The notes: a model not told the origin generated them from the letters alone. Positions 1-13,346 are shown, numbered from the stretch's first letter. The stretch: 64,000 nt of DNA from Malacoraja senta (GCA_038087875.1 CM075989.1:11160001-11224000); one strand, 5' to 3'. Made by a program: numbers and translations.

Positions 1-57
1 ATTCTTCACTACATGACTTCCTTTGTCCAGGTGGGGTTTTGCACGAGACATAATCTA

Positions 58-948
58 CCATACAATACAATACGGTTTTATTTGTCACATTGCACATAAA
101 GTGCAAGTGAAATGAATTTGCCAGCAGCGGTACAATGATAAAGAACACACAAAACACACTTAAAAAATTTAAAACAAACATCCACCACAGCATTCATCAC
201 TGTGGTGGAAGGCACAAAATTTGGCCGGTCCTCCTCCATTTTCCCCCGTGGTCGGGACCTCAACCCTCCGCAGCCGTCGCTGCGGGCGTCCAGATGTACA
301 GACAGGTAAAAGTCCAGGTAAGTCCAGAGTCGGCTCTTCCCCACCGGCGACCGCGGCTTTAGGTTGGTGTAGGCCACAGGCCGGCGGTCGAAGATTTAAA
401 GTCCCCACTGCGCCGCAGCCAGAAGCACCGCAGACCGCAGGGCCGGCGGTCGAAGCTCCCCTCCAGCCAAGCCAAGCCGGGCCCGCGGTAGAAGTAGGCC
501 GCGGGCCGGCAGTGGTGGCGTCTTCTTCTCCTGGGTCCCCAACGAGGGACCCCAGGCTGCGAACGCCGCGCCAGCTGGAGCTCTGCAGACCGCAGCTTCA
601 GTATGCCGCGGGCCAGCGAACGGAGCGCTCCCATCCGGCGAGCCCTGGCGAGGGCTCGCCCGCTCCAAGCCGAGAGTCCACACTGCGCCCGCCGCTGAAG
701 CCCTGGGCGCGTCTCCGGGAAAGGCTGCCCAATCCTCGATATTAGGCCACAGGGGAGGCGACCTGGAAAAAGTCGCCTCTCCGTGGAGAAGACCAAAACG
801 GTTTCCCCCTTACCCCCCCACACCACCCCCCACACAAGACACACAAAGAAACATTAAAAACATACATTAAAACATACTAAAAAAACAAAAAAAGTTGAAA
901 AGACTAACAAGCTGCTGACAGGGCTGCCGGCTAACAGCACCCCCACCC
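58..948 (-). mobile_element. GC-rich non-autonomous retroposon with Rex1-like 3' end
   Basis: Minus-strand end TTTCACTTGCAC..GTGACAAATAAA + (TTGTA)n; CpG-rich body; similar 3' ends at 22860-23125, 47850-48050 and 19575-19660. Confidence 0.6.
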
Positions 949-1149
949 CAGTCTGCAGAGTGTAATCTTGCTGACTGCAATCTGATCGGTCAGTGGTTAT
1001 TTTATTGTGGGGTTTGACGACAGTGTGGCTCGGACAACCTGGTATAAACCAAGAGATGTGAATGTTATGTTCTTTACACAGTACAGTCCAATTACTTTAG
1101 GTCTGGGCAGACCACATTTGGAATGTAGCGTACTGGTTTGGTCTTGCTA

Positions 1150-1480
1150 CCCATAGAAGCCTTGCCTTTAGAATCCTGCACCCATTCCTCAATGACATCT
1201 GAGCCCACCACGAGGTTCTTCTCCTCTTCTGTTGCCTCTGCACCAATTTATTTGACAAGGAATCTTTGTCCCCTACTGAATATCCTTTCTCCTGTCTCCA
1301 ACACTTCCTCATGGACACCTCCTGCCAGCCTTGTACCCTCTCTCCACATTTTCATTACCAACTGCTGCTGATACATCAACCATCCCCTCGCCAACTCCAA
1401 TCTCACCCCTTTGAACATGCAGCCCTTCACTCATTCTGTGCCATTCCCAACCATTAAATCTGCAGAAAAGGGCAGTGCCA
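1150..1480 (+). mobile_element. Penelope-like element fragment upstream of the reverse transcriptase (RT) domain (DKG-motif region)
   Basis: SWTPP...FITNC...SNLTP.EHAALHS...IKSAEKGSA, a degenerate IKPADKGGA. Confidence 0.6.
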
Positions 1481-4387
1481 TTCAACTTTGGTGGACGAAC
1501 CTCTTCCCTGCTGAGGTTAGCTCTCAAAATGTTGTCCATCCTCTCTGAAGGACTGCCACTGATTTTAAAACTCCACAGTTGTCTTGGCGTGCAGCCGGAA
1601 CAAAAATCCTCCTCATTTATCTTCTCAATTCTTTCCAAAATCCTAAAAATCAAATCTGTCCTTAACCTGCTACATTTTCGTGAACCCAGTCTTATTTACT
1701 GAGTCACCTTTGCCTGGGATTATGCCCCTAACAGCTAGGAAGAGGGAACATGCAATTAAATAAAAGTGACAGGATTAATGTTAGCAAACTAATTCAAAGC
1801 GAGTCCAACCACACTTCTCAAAAGCACACTAAAGGGACACAGAGTTGTTAAAGTTTAGGAAAGACAATACCAGGAGTTTCAATGCGACGATATCTATTCC
1901 CAGTTGCTAATGATCGATGGCCTTGACATCCGATAGAGACATAGGGAAGTCACCACACGTTTAAACAATTTATTAGGCCAGTGGCAGTTCAGTAAATCAA
2001 GCTCCAGCACCTGAGTCAACACATGTCAGTTTAACTAATTAGCTGTCTACCTATTCCACACTTGGTCCGTCTCCCCACAAGAGAGAAGGGTGGCTCTTAA
2101 CTGGGATTTGGATGGGCGGTGGACGGTGGACTAGTTGTTTTATAAATCTGAACACTTAACTTGTTCAGTAGTGGATTACAGCTGAGAACCAGTCTGTTTC
2201 AATGCATATTTTCATAAATATAATTCCCCAAATTGAAAATTAAAGTGGGAGAAAAATAAATATTAGTTGCGATACGATAGATCTTTATTTATCCCAGGAG
2301 GGAAATTGATCTACCAACAGTCATAAAACACAAGATACAGGAATTTAAAGTGACGAGTGGAAAGGATTGGGGATGTGCAAAGATTGGGGAGGGGGTAAAA
2401 TGTTTATTTCTGTGGGGAAACGCATGTGAATAGTAGCATCAAAGATTTCCAGACTTTCCCATTGTGTTCTGGGGCTAACTGGGGAAACCACTCTACAGAT
2501 GGAAACCAAGAGAGCAAGCAATGGGTGCAGTGCAGTTATGAATTTACAAACGATAGAGTATAACAATTCCTCATGGAGGGAAAAGTACTTTATTGGACCA
2601 TAGTGTGACACACAAAGAAAACAACAAAACCATTCCATTGAATCAATGAGGACACAAGTAACTGCAGATACTGGAATTGTGAGCATAAATCAGACTGCTG
2701 AAGAAGAGTCCCAAATCGAAATGGCGTCTGTTCATTTCCTCCATAAATGCTGCCTGACCTGAGTTGCTCCAAGTTTTCGTTCATTGAAACAGTGGTTCAT
2801 AACATCAATAGTGTGGTTTCACGATCCAACTGCACGTGGTTCTGTAAAAGCCTCTATGCTCAACCCTACTCTTCCATCCTTCTGTAATCTCTAACCCCTC
2901 ACCCTTTCCCCAGTTCTACAACCCTTTGTTGTCATTCCAATCCTAATCTCTTGTTCCTCCTGGGCTTTTTTACATCAGCATTGGAGGCCATGTCTTCACT
3001 TAAACCAGCTCTAACCCCTTTCATTTCCTCCCTAAATTTCTCTCTGTCCTTTCTACCCTTCAACAAACTCTTTAATCCTTTAAACAAGCTTCTGGACATC
3101 TGCTCTAAATGTTCTCCTTGCATGGATTGGGATCGAATTTTATTGGCTGGCATTACTGAAGGGCATTGAGGTGTTTACATGTACAAATGTAAGTAAATGT
3201 AGACTGCGAGGGAGTGAATTCTGGGCACAAATCATTCTTTGTATGAAAGGAAATGTGTTGATATTTGGGTTCAAGTGTTGGGATAGAGAGGAGTCATTAA
3301 TGACCAAGAATTAGATGGAGAGAACAAATGAAGGAACAATGAAGAGAAAGAATCTTGGTTGCAGAAAGACTGCGAAAGTGCGGGTACAATGTTTATTTCT
3401 GGCTAGAAGTCAGGATGAGAAATGTCTTGGAATCCTTGGAATTCTCCAGCCTCCGGGGCTGTGGGTGATTGTTGAATATACCAAAGACTGATATGGATAC
3501 TGAGCTCCACATGGTAGGTGGAGTAAAGTTAGAAGATCGGGCTGTTTTATTAAATGGCACCACAGAACAGTGAGACATGGGTTTGCAATCCCTTCAGTAA
3601 GTAGGATTTAGAAACTCAATGTAAAATAAGCAGATGTGACATATCTTGGAAGTTATTGAGTTGGAAAATACTCCCAATGTAATTGCATTGAAACCATGGC
3701 TCGGTGCAAAGCATCTTTAATCCCAAATTGATAGAAATCCCTGCCCCTGCAGGTAAACCATTCAAAACAGAATGCTCAGACCTACAAAAATATAGAACTG
3801 ACAGCCATACACAGGATAGTTGAGACAAACAGCCAACAGGTATTGATGGGAACACTGGATACACGAGGGTGCAGTTCTGCACCAAGTGGGCTTCATCTAC
3901 TGTTCAATGACAAAAGTTGAAATGCAAGTTTAAAAAGGGGAAGGAAGACAATGTACTGGGATGGCAGGAAGTTCAGTTCCACTAATTGCTGAAGACACAA
4001 ACTCCACCTGAGTGTGTGCTAACCTGGTGGGGAGAAGCCCTTTCAGTTTGAAGCATCTGAGCCATGTAACTCGGTCAGTTCGAGCAAGTCATGAAGACTG
4101 GGAGGTCCCAGTTCCTGTTGGGAGACGACCATTGGTATCATTGCCCCTGGATTTCTCTCTCCACATATGCTGCCTAACCTGCTGAGCACTTTTAGCATTT
4201 TTTAAATTTTCTTTCAACCACCATACAGCTTTGTAACAAGTGTCTGAGACTGCGTTCCCTTTTGATTGGGTATGATGGGACCAAAGGGGTCCGATACCTT
4301 TCCTCTCCCATTGCCGGGGATCACCACAATTCAGCTCAGTGGCTGAAATTCTTCAGTGTTATCTCTTGTATTCTATAAAAATACTGA

Positions 4388-4393
4388 TTTAAT
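4388..4393 (-). terminator. Candidate polyadenylation signal (ATTAAA) of CIAO2A
   Basis: ATTAAA on the minus strand about 290 nt after the stop, in AU-rich sequence; no transcript evidence. Confidence 0.3.
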
Positions 4394-4684
4394 AATTGAA
4401 CACTCAATTTGCATTGGAGCAATATTCTGATGCATTCACTTCCACGTATATCAAAAGAGACTCTTGTTTTGCATGAATTTCTCAATGTAAAACAATAGAA
4501 ATAATATGGAAATCTCATCACATAACATGAATACAAAACAAAGATGAAGTGTTTTTTTAAATGATTGCCAGTGCATTATAGTTTGTTGCAGAGAGTGGAG
4601 CCCCCGGTGGACTGTCCTTGTACTGGCAGACCTGGTGAACTGCAGGCTACCAATGTGTCCTTTCCCCAGCGAGCCTGGCAGTTG

Positions 4685-4785
4685 TTAATCATCGGGCTCC
4701 AGAACACACTGCTCCACGATCTCCCGCAAATTTGGGTTCTCCATTGCAGCTGCCACTCGCTCCTTGTCGTTAATTTGCTTGTTAA
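4685..4785 (-). CDS. CIAO2A: CIAO2A coding exon 5 (terminal, TAA stop)
   Basis: [33 protein letters not shown]; the five exons sum to 486 nt = 161 aa + stop. Confidence 0.96.
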
Positions 4786-5827
4786 CTTTTTTAAAATGAA
4801 GAAATGAGAGAGAATCAGCAACGGATAATGGGACATGTGGTGAAAACTGCCGGCAGCAAATCTAAATACCCAAGGCAGTATTTTGTCTCATCAGTACAGG
4901 GCATTGGAGCCTATTTCTGAAAGCCACCCCCTACATACAACAATGTCAATATTTATGCCGTGACAAATCCAAAAGCTACAGGCAAACCCACTTCTCAAAA
5001 CAAACAGAGAACAAAATGTGCTTTAGCTGTACTGAACCTTGTTCACCAACCACTAATGCAATAAATAGCCTGGTTTCCAAATGGTTAATGCTACTTAGTT
5101 TGATGACACAATGATGTTAGAGTCATAATGATAAAGCATAGAAACTTTGGTCAAAATTGTCCATGCCAAACAATGTGCCGACCTCGGCCAGTCCCAGTAT
5201 ACATAGAACATTTTAGCATTCTTTTTTTGCCTTATTTACCAAGGATATCTGTTATCCCCATTTTGCCCTTCTGATAGCAACTGAAATGTAGATTTATTTT
5301 CCTTCGGTTTACACCAGCATCTGCAGTTCCTTCCTACGTAATTAAAACAACGTTCGGCAAACTTAAAAGCTGATAATTTTGACAAAACAAAGATGAACCA
5401 GTACTGACGGGATGGTGCGAGTGGTCTCCTTCTGTGCCACAATCATGCTATATATGTTTATTTTTAGGCATTAATTTCCATTTTTCTCCTTTTGAATAGT
5501 TAGGATTACACAAATCCAAGATTACTACAGTTGATGATCTTCCCCAGCTTTAACTACAAAGTATTGAAAGATGAGCGGTAATCAGCTCTAAAATGTTACA
5601 AAGATTTGAGGTAAAATGTTTACTTGAATGATGCATAAAATAATTGTTCCCGATTGCAATCTGCAGCGTGCAGCTGAACAGAATGGAGAGTTCTGTTCAA
5701 TGCCCTATACCTGTGATGATAAACAACAGTTTTTAAACTAGGGAAGAGAGCATGGGTGGACTGGGACATTTATCATCATTTACTGATAAAAATCAAATCC
5801 CTCAAAGCCTAATTAAAACATACTTAC

Positions 5828-5873
5828 TATCTTCCTCCGTGGAGTGTGACCCTTCAGATATGTAGATTTCTAA
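5828..5873 (-). CDS. CIAO2A: CIAO2A coding exon 4
   Basis: LEIYISEGSHSTEED; acceptor ttttacAG, donor GTAAGT; 46 nt. Confidence 0.96.
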
Positions 5874-6004
5874 CTGTAAAACAACATGCATGTCAATCAA
5901 ATAGCTAAAGACTGCGGATATTGGAAATCTAAAACAAAAACAAAGTACTGGGAATATTCGGGTCAGGCAGCATCTTTGAAAAGACAAATGGACGTAATGC
6001 TTCA

Positions 6005-6315
6005 GATTTAGTAGCTTAGAAATACAGCGCAGAAACAGACCCTTCGGCTCACCGAGTCCGCAAAAAAACAGCGATGCACCGACCAGCGATTCCCGCATAT
6101 TAACACTATCCTACACACACTAGGGGCAATTTACACTTGTATCAAGCCAATTAACCTACAAACGTATCTCTTTGGAGTGTGGGAGGTCTCGGAGAAAACC
6201 CACGCAGATCTCGGGGAAAACATACAAACTCCGTACAGACAGCCCCTGTAGTCGGGATCGAACCTGGGTCTCCGGCGCTGTAAAGCAGCAACTCTATCGC
6301 TGCGCCACCGTGCCG
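6005..6315 (-). mobile_element. HE1-like tRNA-derived SINE
   Basis: A box TGGCGCAGCG, B box GGTTCGATCCC, CR1-like 3' end. Confidence 0.85.
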
Positions 6316-8536
6316 TCCTCCCTCAAGGTCAATAAGCAATCGGACAACTTTTTAAGGAAATGACAGTCAAAACATAAAACAAGTAATACAGATGACCATG
6401 TTACAGGGGGAATTTACCAATTGAATCTGAGTCAATATTGAGCAGTGTTTGCTATGAAAGGTTCAAGTAAACGTCTGTAGCTTCTGTCTTAATCTTTAAA
6501 GCTGGGAAAAACTCTAATCGACATGTGTGGGCTAACACAGACGAAGGCAGTAAGAGAATACAGGCATACAGTAGTTGCTCAGGTACAACAAATCTGTTCT
6601 TGGAGAACCAGTTGGAGATTAGAGGAGTGTTAGGCACTCCTCCTCCTGGTCAATGCTATGTATTAACCTTTCTCTGTTTCTTTCCCGAGTGCAGGCCTCG
6701 TGGCTGTGAGTCTGGAATCAAGGGGTTAAAAGGCTCCTGTACCCGATTGGCCAAGCTGCGACGGGTGACTCATCTGAAGCATAAATACCAGAACTTCCCA
6801 GAATTCTCTTCTCTTCGTCTTCGACCCTGACTGTGAGCTGACGGCTGGAGTGAGCTGCTGAAGGCCTGGCCACATGGCATAGAACTTTTTGTACTTTCAA
6901 CAATAATTAGTAACAAACATTGAATTGGGACGGATAAGGGCTGACCAAAGAGTTTTCGGGTTATTTTGTTTCAGGATTAGATATTCTTAGGCAGGTTAAA
7001 GACTCCGGTTCGACAGTCCATCGCGCGGCTGGCTGGAGCACCCTTAAATTGTTTGTTAGTCCATTCCTATCCCTGACTGGGTTGTTAAAATCAGGTTTAG
7101 TTTTTTTTGTGTCCTATTGAAATAATTAAAACTATTTTTGAACTTAAACCTGGTTTTTGACTATGTTACGCGACTCTGAAGTACCTGCATTCGGGAGTCG
7201 TAACAAGGAGTGAGATTGTGGAGGGATTTGAAATTAAGTATAAGACTGTTAACACGGAAGAATTGCTTAACTGAATTGATGGCTATGAACTGAGGTTTCT
7301 TACTGGGACTGTGAAAATAGTTTTGATCACACACAAAGTTGGATGGAATCAATTTCTGCTAATCAGGTACTGGATTTGGACCATTAGGAGTCACTTGGTG
7401 AGAGGGAAACAGCAAGGGTGAATGCAAGTTTGGTTGAGCAGACTTGTAGCGACACGAATGCCGTGTTGAATATTATGTCAGACATTGGGTAACTGAGACT
7501 TTGAATGTGCATGCCTAAGTGAATTGAGAAAAGATTATTCTCTAGGTAGGATATACATCCATGCAGGAAGTGAAGGGAGAAAGATGATGTGTAAAACTGC
7601 GGAAAGAAATGACAAAATTTGTCATTGTGTGTGATTCAGACATCATAGAAACAAGGCAACAAGAGATGAATATAGGTTGGGGGGAGTCTATATGGAGGAT
7701 ATATTAAGTACAACAGGAAGAGTGAAATCAGGTCGGAGAAGATATAAACAGAAATTAACTACCAAAGCACTTTGTTGGATTAACCAGTTATCGCGTTTCA
7801 ATTGTCAATGCACAGAAGGCCAAGACAAAGGGACAAATGGAATTGGAATAGATCAGTATAACAGTCATTGTGGGCGTGTTGGGCCAAAAGGCCTCTTCTG
7901 TTCTAAATGACTCTATGATATAGATCAACATGATAGAACAGACTCAATGTCTAATCCCATTCCAAAGTACATCCCCCGAACAAACTGCTGGAAGAGCTCA
8001 GGATATCAGGCAGCATCTTGGAGGAAAATGGACAGATGACCTGTCCGGTTAGAGTTTTTCTTCAGTCCAAAGAAAAGTCATGCTTCAATGTCATCTGTCC
8101 GTTTCCGTCCACGCATGCTGCCTGACTGGCTGAATTCCTCCAGCAGTGTTATTTTTGCTTAACATTTCAGCATCTGCAATCTCTTGTGTCTACATCTCAC
8201 TGAAGGCCAGTGAGTTCAGATGATATTACCCTCAAACAACCTACTGATCGATGAAGATCAGAACTCGTGCTTTCCCAAGAACTGCCTTAGGCCCTTCCTT
8301 TCTCTTACAATCTTTGTTTTAATTCCTAATTATGATTATGATGATGGACCTTGACCTGCTGCTTGGATCCATCAATATCATCAAGCTGTGACAGAGGTTT
8401 GACATTGACTGTCTAAACTAGAGCTGAGAGATTTTGAAAGCTCCAGAGAAATTAAAACTCCATTGGCAAACTAGATTGTCAAGGATCCTTCTTAATAAAG
8501 ACTAGAGGGATCGATCAAAAATCCATTTCTCCTTAC

Positions 8537-8586
8537 CTTGTGTTTGAAAGGTAAACATCGTTGCAACTTGACTCGTAGACAGAGAC
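8537..8586 (-). CDS. CIAO2A: CIAO2A coding exon 3
   Basis: Hand-translated GLCLRVKLQRCLPFKHK (not in the ORF track); AG acceptor, GTAAGG donor; 50 nt. Confidence 0.96.
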
Positions 8587-9449
8587 CTTCATGTATAAAT
8601 AAAATAATTGTATAAACATTGTGCAACATCAAGCAATATCATTCACAGACGTTAATTCTTTCCTTCGTTGCCATTTATCTTTCATCTTTTAAAGACTGAC
8701 AGTTTACTGGTTCAGTCCCCATGATAACAAATTCCTTCAGACCTGGCAAGCTCTACGATGGCAGAGATGATCCCATTCTCACTTGCACTTCCAATGGGAT
8801 TGGTTGGAGAATGCTGCCCAAAGTTAATATCAAGCACAACTGTCTAAGGTAGGTGAAACACTGGTTCAATATGGGAGCTTGTTCTGAGGTGCTGTGCTCT
8901 TAAGAGGACTGTAAAAAATGCAGGTCTAATCCCCTTTGCCATTTACCAGCACAAGAATGCAGATCCTCAAAATGTCTACAAATCCAGGACAAAGACCACA
9001 TTTGTGAATACAATCCTATAACTTCCATTTCCTGCATTTTGGCAAGATTTGTGTTTTAGGCACATTTGTGCGACCTGGGCATACAAAAGTTGGCCAAGTT
9101 TACTCTGGTCCCTTACATACTGGTAACTTGGAAGAATTTCAGCAGCGTGTTCAGTGGATCCAAGCTGAACTCTGGAGATGGGAGTGCAGCCTGGTGCCCT
9201 GCCAAAACAATCTTTCCTCAACACGGGTGTGCTGCATTGTCACAAGGGGAGGAAGATGGCAACCTTGCCATGCACCTGTTTCACCAAGACTCTTCCCAAT
9301 GGAGAGCAAGCAATCTCTGTTCAAATGTCTCTTTTATTGGATCAATAAAAGTAGGGATCAGTGACCAGGATAAAAAGCATATCTTGTCCAAACTAATCCT
9401 TTAATGGTTTCAGTTCACCTGAGCACATCCATGTCTAGTGCATCCATTA

Positions 9450-9775
9450 ATTTGAGAAATGACTTGCATCGCCGTATGTAAGGAGTGTTGGAAGTACCTT
9501 CTTTTGGATGAGTTGTTAAACACTGGCCGTGTCTATTCTTGCAGGTGGGTATAAAAGACTGCACTGCATTCTTTTGTAAAGAATCAAGGCAGTTCCCCAC
9601 GGTTTCCTGGTAAATATTTACCCCACTATTAATCCCGTTAGTTATTAGCATCTTATTGTTTGTAGGATCCTGCTTGCACAGATTGGTTGGTGGACTTCCT
9701 AAATCATAGCAGTGACTTCAAAAAGTATTTTGTCAATAAAGAGCTTTGGGTGCCCCATCACCATAAAAGGCACAA
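9450..9775 (+). mobile_element. Ancient DeuSINE-like element (SacSINE1/AmnSINE1-related)
   Basis: Degenerate match to the remembered Deu domain (CCTGG.AAATATTTA.CCC...TGTTTGTAGGATCCTGC..GCACAGATTGG...CAGTGACTTCAAAAAGTA). Confidence 0.55.
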
Positions 9776-10664
9776 TCCACGTCCAAGCTTTTCTTTGTTT
9801 CTTGGTTCCCATGCCGTGGCAACAACTAATTGGTTTCATCAATGGATTATTCAGAGGAAGAAAAGCTTTGATGGTCAACTGTGCGAAAATGCTTTCAACT
9901 CCTGACAAGAAACTTAATTCAATGCCCTTTGACCTCCAACCTTTTAACCTGAGACAATTACTTGAAATAGTTTAGCGTGGGTCATAACCTGCTGCAACGA
10001 TGAAACAGGAAGCAGAATCTGCAGGAACTGGAGCCCCATTTTGTTCATCGAAGAGTGACAGCTCTGAGCACAGAATAAAATGAGGTTAACTCTGATCGAG
10101 GAAGGTCAGAATCTTACAAACAGAAATGAGAGGCTGGGAAGGCTACCGTCACCTGCTCAGAGCTGAGCTACAATGCTGTGGCGTTAATGCCACAAAGAAT
10201 TCAAACAGCATCCTTTTTAATCTGTTTTGTTAGGATTTCAGTAAGGGTCAGCAAGTCGCCCTGACAACAACTGGATTCTTGAAGTGTATGGGAATGAAGG
10301 AAAATGGAGGAGAAATGGAAAATTGTTCCCACTGACATGAGAGCAGAGTTGTACCTTAGACACACAGTTCACCACTGGATGTCTACTTGCCCAGAACTAT
10401 CCAAGCAGCTGGAAGATATCACTTTTCCATTAAGAGATCTTATTCACCAGCTTTTCTTTTACAAAACATGGGGTATGTTCTCTAATTCTTCACCATTTAT
10501 TTTCCTGCCAATCTCTCTCCTGTGAGCCTGAAACTTTGACCCATAGGTGAAGCCGAGAGATTCATGAACACCTTTAGCAACCTCGCCCAAACAGAATCAT
10601 CACCTCTCCTATGTTGACATCAATGTTATCTATATGAAGAACTGAGGTTAGAGTTGAATGCCAT

Positions 10665-11090
10665 CATTGTGATGCTATTGACAACCCTCGAGTGAGGCCA
10701 AAAGCAAATTGGAGGAACAGAACCTCATATTTTGCTTTGGCAGCTTATGACCCAGCCATATGTATATTGATTTCTCTAATTTCAAGTAATCCACTCTCTC
10801 TCCGTCCCTCCTCTGTTGTACTAGTTTCACTGTCGTCCTGTCGAGTTTCACCGTCTGTATAACTCGTTATCACCTATCCCACAGCCAACAATGGACCATT
10901 GTGGGCTCCACCTTTCCTTGATCATCGTTGCTTTTTGCATATCTTTCATACATTTGTTCTATGTACTGCCTATATCCCTCGTTTTCCTTTCCTGACTCTG
11001 TCTGAAGAAGGGACCAAAAGTGTCACGCTTCCTTTTCTCCAGAGATGCTGCCTGACCCGCTGAGTTACTCCAGCTTTTTGTGTCTATCGT
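10665..11090 (+). mobile_element. Penelope-like element 3' end (ORF tail joined to the terminal repeat)
   Basis: KLEEQNLIFCFGSL...IDFSNFK followed by CTGAAGAAGGG...AGAGATGCTGCCTGACCCGCTGAGTTACTCCAGC. Confidence 0.85.
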
Positions 11091-12325
11091 CAACATATTA
11101 TTGTGTGAATTAGCTGCTCTATATCAAACAAATTAGTAAACAGAGTTTGCCTGCATAAGATTTTCCTTTCTTATCGGTTATAATTGGACGCCTGGACTTC
11201 CTGCAGCTTGAGCAGTAATATATTCAACAGATGAATGCTGATACGCTTTGAATTATAACATTAAATAGTACAGGAAGAGGCCATTCAGCTCATGTTCTCT
11301 GACAGAGCCAATTAGTCCCATTCCATCACTCCTAGTTTGTTCCCCGTGCACTGACGTTTTTATTTTCATGCATTAATCTATTATTTTTTGTTATTAAGTT
11401 TGCAACTTTCTAGTCATTGCATTTTTTATATCTGGGTGTAATATCAGATTTAAATGGTAAAGAATGAGACCATTCTGACTCTGGTCTCCTGAGAATCCTA
11501 CAACTTTAAAAAAAATTAATGCAGTGCACCCAGCTATGAGTCTGAAGAGTTTTTGTTTTGGAGGGTGAAAGAATGGTGACATCGTGTGTCAAGGTAGATA
11601 AATGACTCATGAATCCTTGCTATCAGGAAACATCCCAAAAGCAAAAGCGTGGAAACAGCATTGAGTGCTGATAAGAGTGGGGTGGCAGAATTAAAAGGTT
11701 ATTGACGGTATTACATGACCCCTCCCGCCAGGACCATGATCTGCATTATTTTAAGAAAATGGATAAGTGCAGCAGATAGATCTGGTAGAAGTTCTGTTTT
11801 AGAAAAGTTTTGCCAATGAGCAAGAGACTCTGTACTCTCTCCCCATTTTCCTAGTCTCCCCACACATTCATTTCTCCTGAGACCAGATGGACATTGGTAG
11901 GGTGGACGGTCATAACCATTTTCCCCATGGTGACAATATCAAAGACCAGAGGGCATAACGTTAAGGTGAGGGGAGCAAAGTTTTGTTTACACAGAGAGTT
12001 GTGGGGGCCTGGAATGTTCAACCAGGAGTGGTGGTGGAGGCAGATACAATAGTGATGTTTAAGACGCTTTTAGATATGCACATGGTTATGCAGGGAATGG
12101 AGGTATACAGTGGCTTGCAAAAGTTTTCATACCCCTTGAACTTTTCCACATTTTGTCATGTTACAACCACAAACGTAAATGTATTTTATTGGGATTTTAT
12201 GTGATAGACCAACACAAAGTGGTGCATAATTGTGAAGTGGAAGGAAAATGATACATGGTTTTCAAATTTTTTTACAAATAAAAAACTGAAAAGTGTGGTG
12301 TGCAAAATTATTCAGCCCCCCTGAG

Positions 12326-13346
12326 TCAATACTTTGTAGAACCACCTTTCGCTGCAATTACAGCTGCAAGTCTTTTGGGGTATGTCTCTACCAGCTTTGC
12401 ACATCTAGAGACTGAAATTTTTGCCCATTCTTCTTTGCAAAATAGCTCAAGCTCAGTCAGATTGGATGGAGAGCGTCTGTGAACAGCAATTTTCAAGTCT
12501 TGCCAGAGATTCTCAATTGGATTTATGTCTGGACTTTGACTGGGCCATTCTAACACATGAATATGCTTTGATCTAAACCAATCCATTGTAGCTCTGGCTG
12601 TATGTTTAGGGTCGTTGTCCTGCTGGAAGATGAACCTCCGCCCCAGTCTCAAGTCTTTTGCAGACTCTAACAGGTTTTCTTCCAAGATTGCCCTGTATTT
12701 GGCTCCATCCATCTTCCCATCAACTCTGACCAGCTTCCCTGTCCCTGCTGAAGAAAAGCATCCCCACAGCATGATGCTGCCACCACCATGTTTCACAGTG
12801 GGGATGGTGTGTTCAGGGTGATGTGCAGTGTTAGGTTTCCGCCACACATAGCATTTTGCATTTAGGCCAAAAACTTCAATTTTGGTCTCATCTGACCAGA
12901 GCACCTTCTTCCACATGTTTGCTGTGTCCCCCACATGGCTTGTGGCAAACTGCAAACGGGACTTCTTATGGCTTTTTTTCAACAATGGCTTTCTTCTTGC
13001 CACTCTTCCATAAAGGCCCGATTTGTGGAGTGCACGACTAATAGTTGTCCTGTGGACAGATTCTCCCACCTGAGCTGTGGATCTCTGCAGCTCCTCCAGA
13101 GTTACCATGGGCCTCTTGGCTGCTTCTCTGATCAATGCTCTCCTTGCCCGGCCTGTCAGTTTAGGTGGACGGCCATGTCTTGGTAGGTTTACAGTTGTGC
13201 CATACTCTTTCCATTTTCGGATGATGGATTGAACAGTGCTCCGTGAGATGTTCAAAGCTTGGGATCTTTTTTTTATAACCTAACCCTGCTTTAAACTTCT
13301 CCACAACTTTATCCCTGACCTGTCTGGTGTGTTCCTTGGGCTGCAT
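12326..13346 (-). pseudogene. Tc1 transposase, 339 aa if a single +1 frameshift in the A8 run (13267-13274) is corrected
   Basis: Paired-like HTH, GRPPK linker, WSDETK, QQDNDPKH...34 aa...NPIE catalytic triad; N-terminus in ORF 13161..13346, remainder in ORF 12326..13255. Confidence 0.93.

Noticed and set aside
78-844. Cluster of overlapping 75-174 aa ORFs on both strands
   Set aside because: Low-complexity Pro/Arg/Ala products of a GC-rich repeat; no recognisable domain or splice structure
4340-4684. Iron-responsive element in the CIAO2A UTRs, sought because of the gene's role in iron regulation
   Set aside because: No CAGUGN-loop hairpin seen on the minus strand in the proximal 5' or 3' UTR
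4786-4800. Purine-rich acceptor (TTTTAAAAAAG) of CIAO2A exon 5
   Set aside because: A pyrimidine tract lies just upstream and the frame is correct; within normal variation
6240-6315. tRNA-like A and B boxes, here and in the other SINE heads
   Set aside because: They continue into SINE body and tail and lack a full cloverleaf; not tRNA genes
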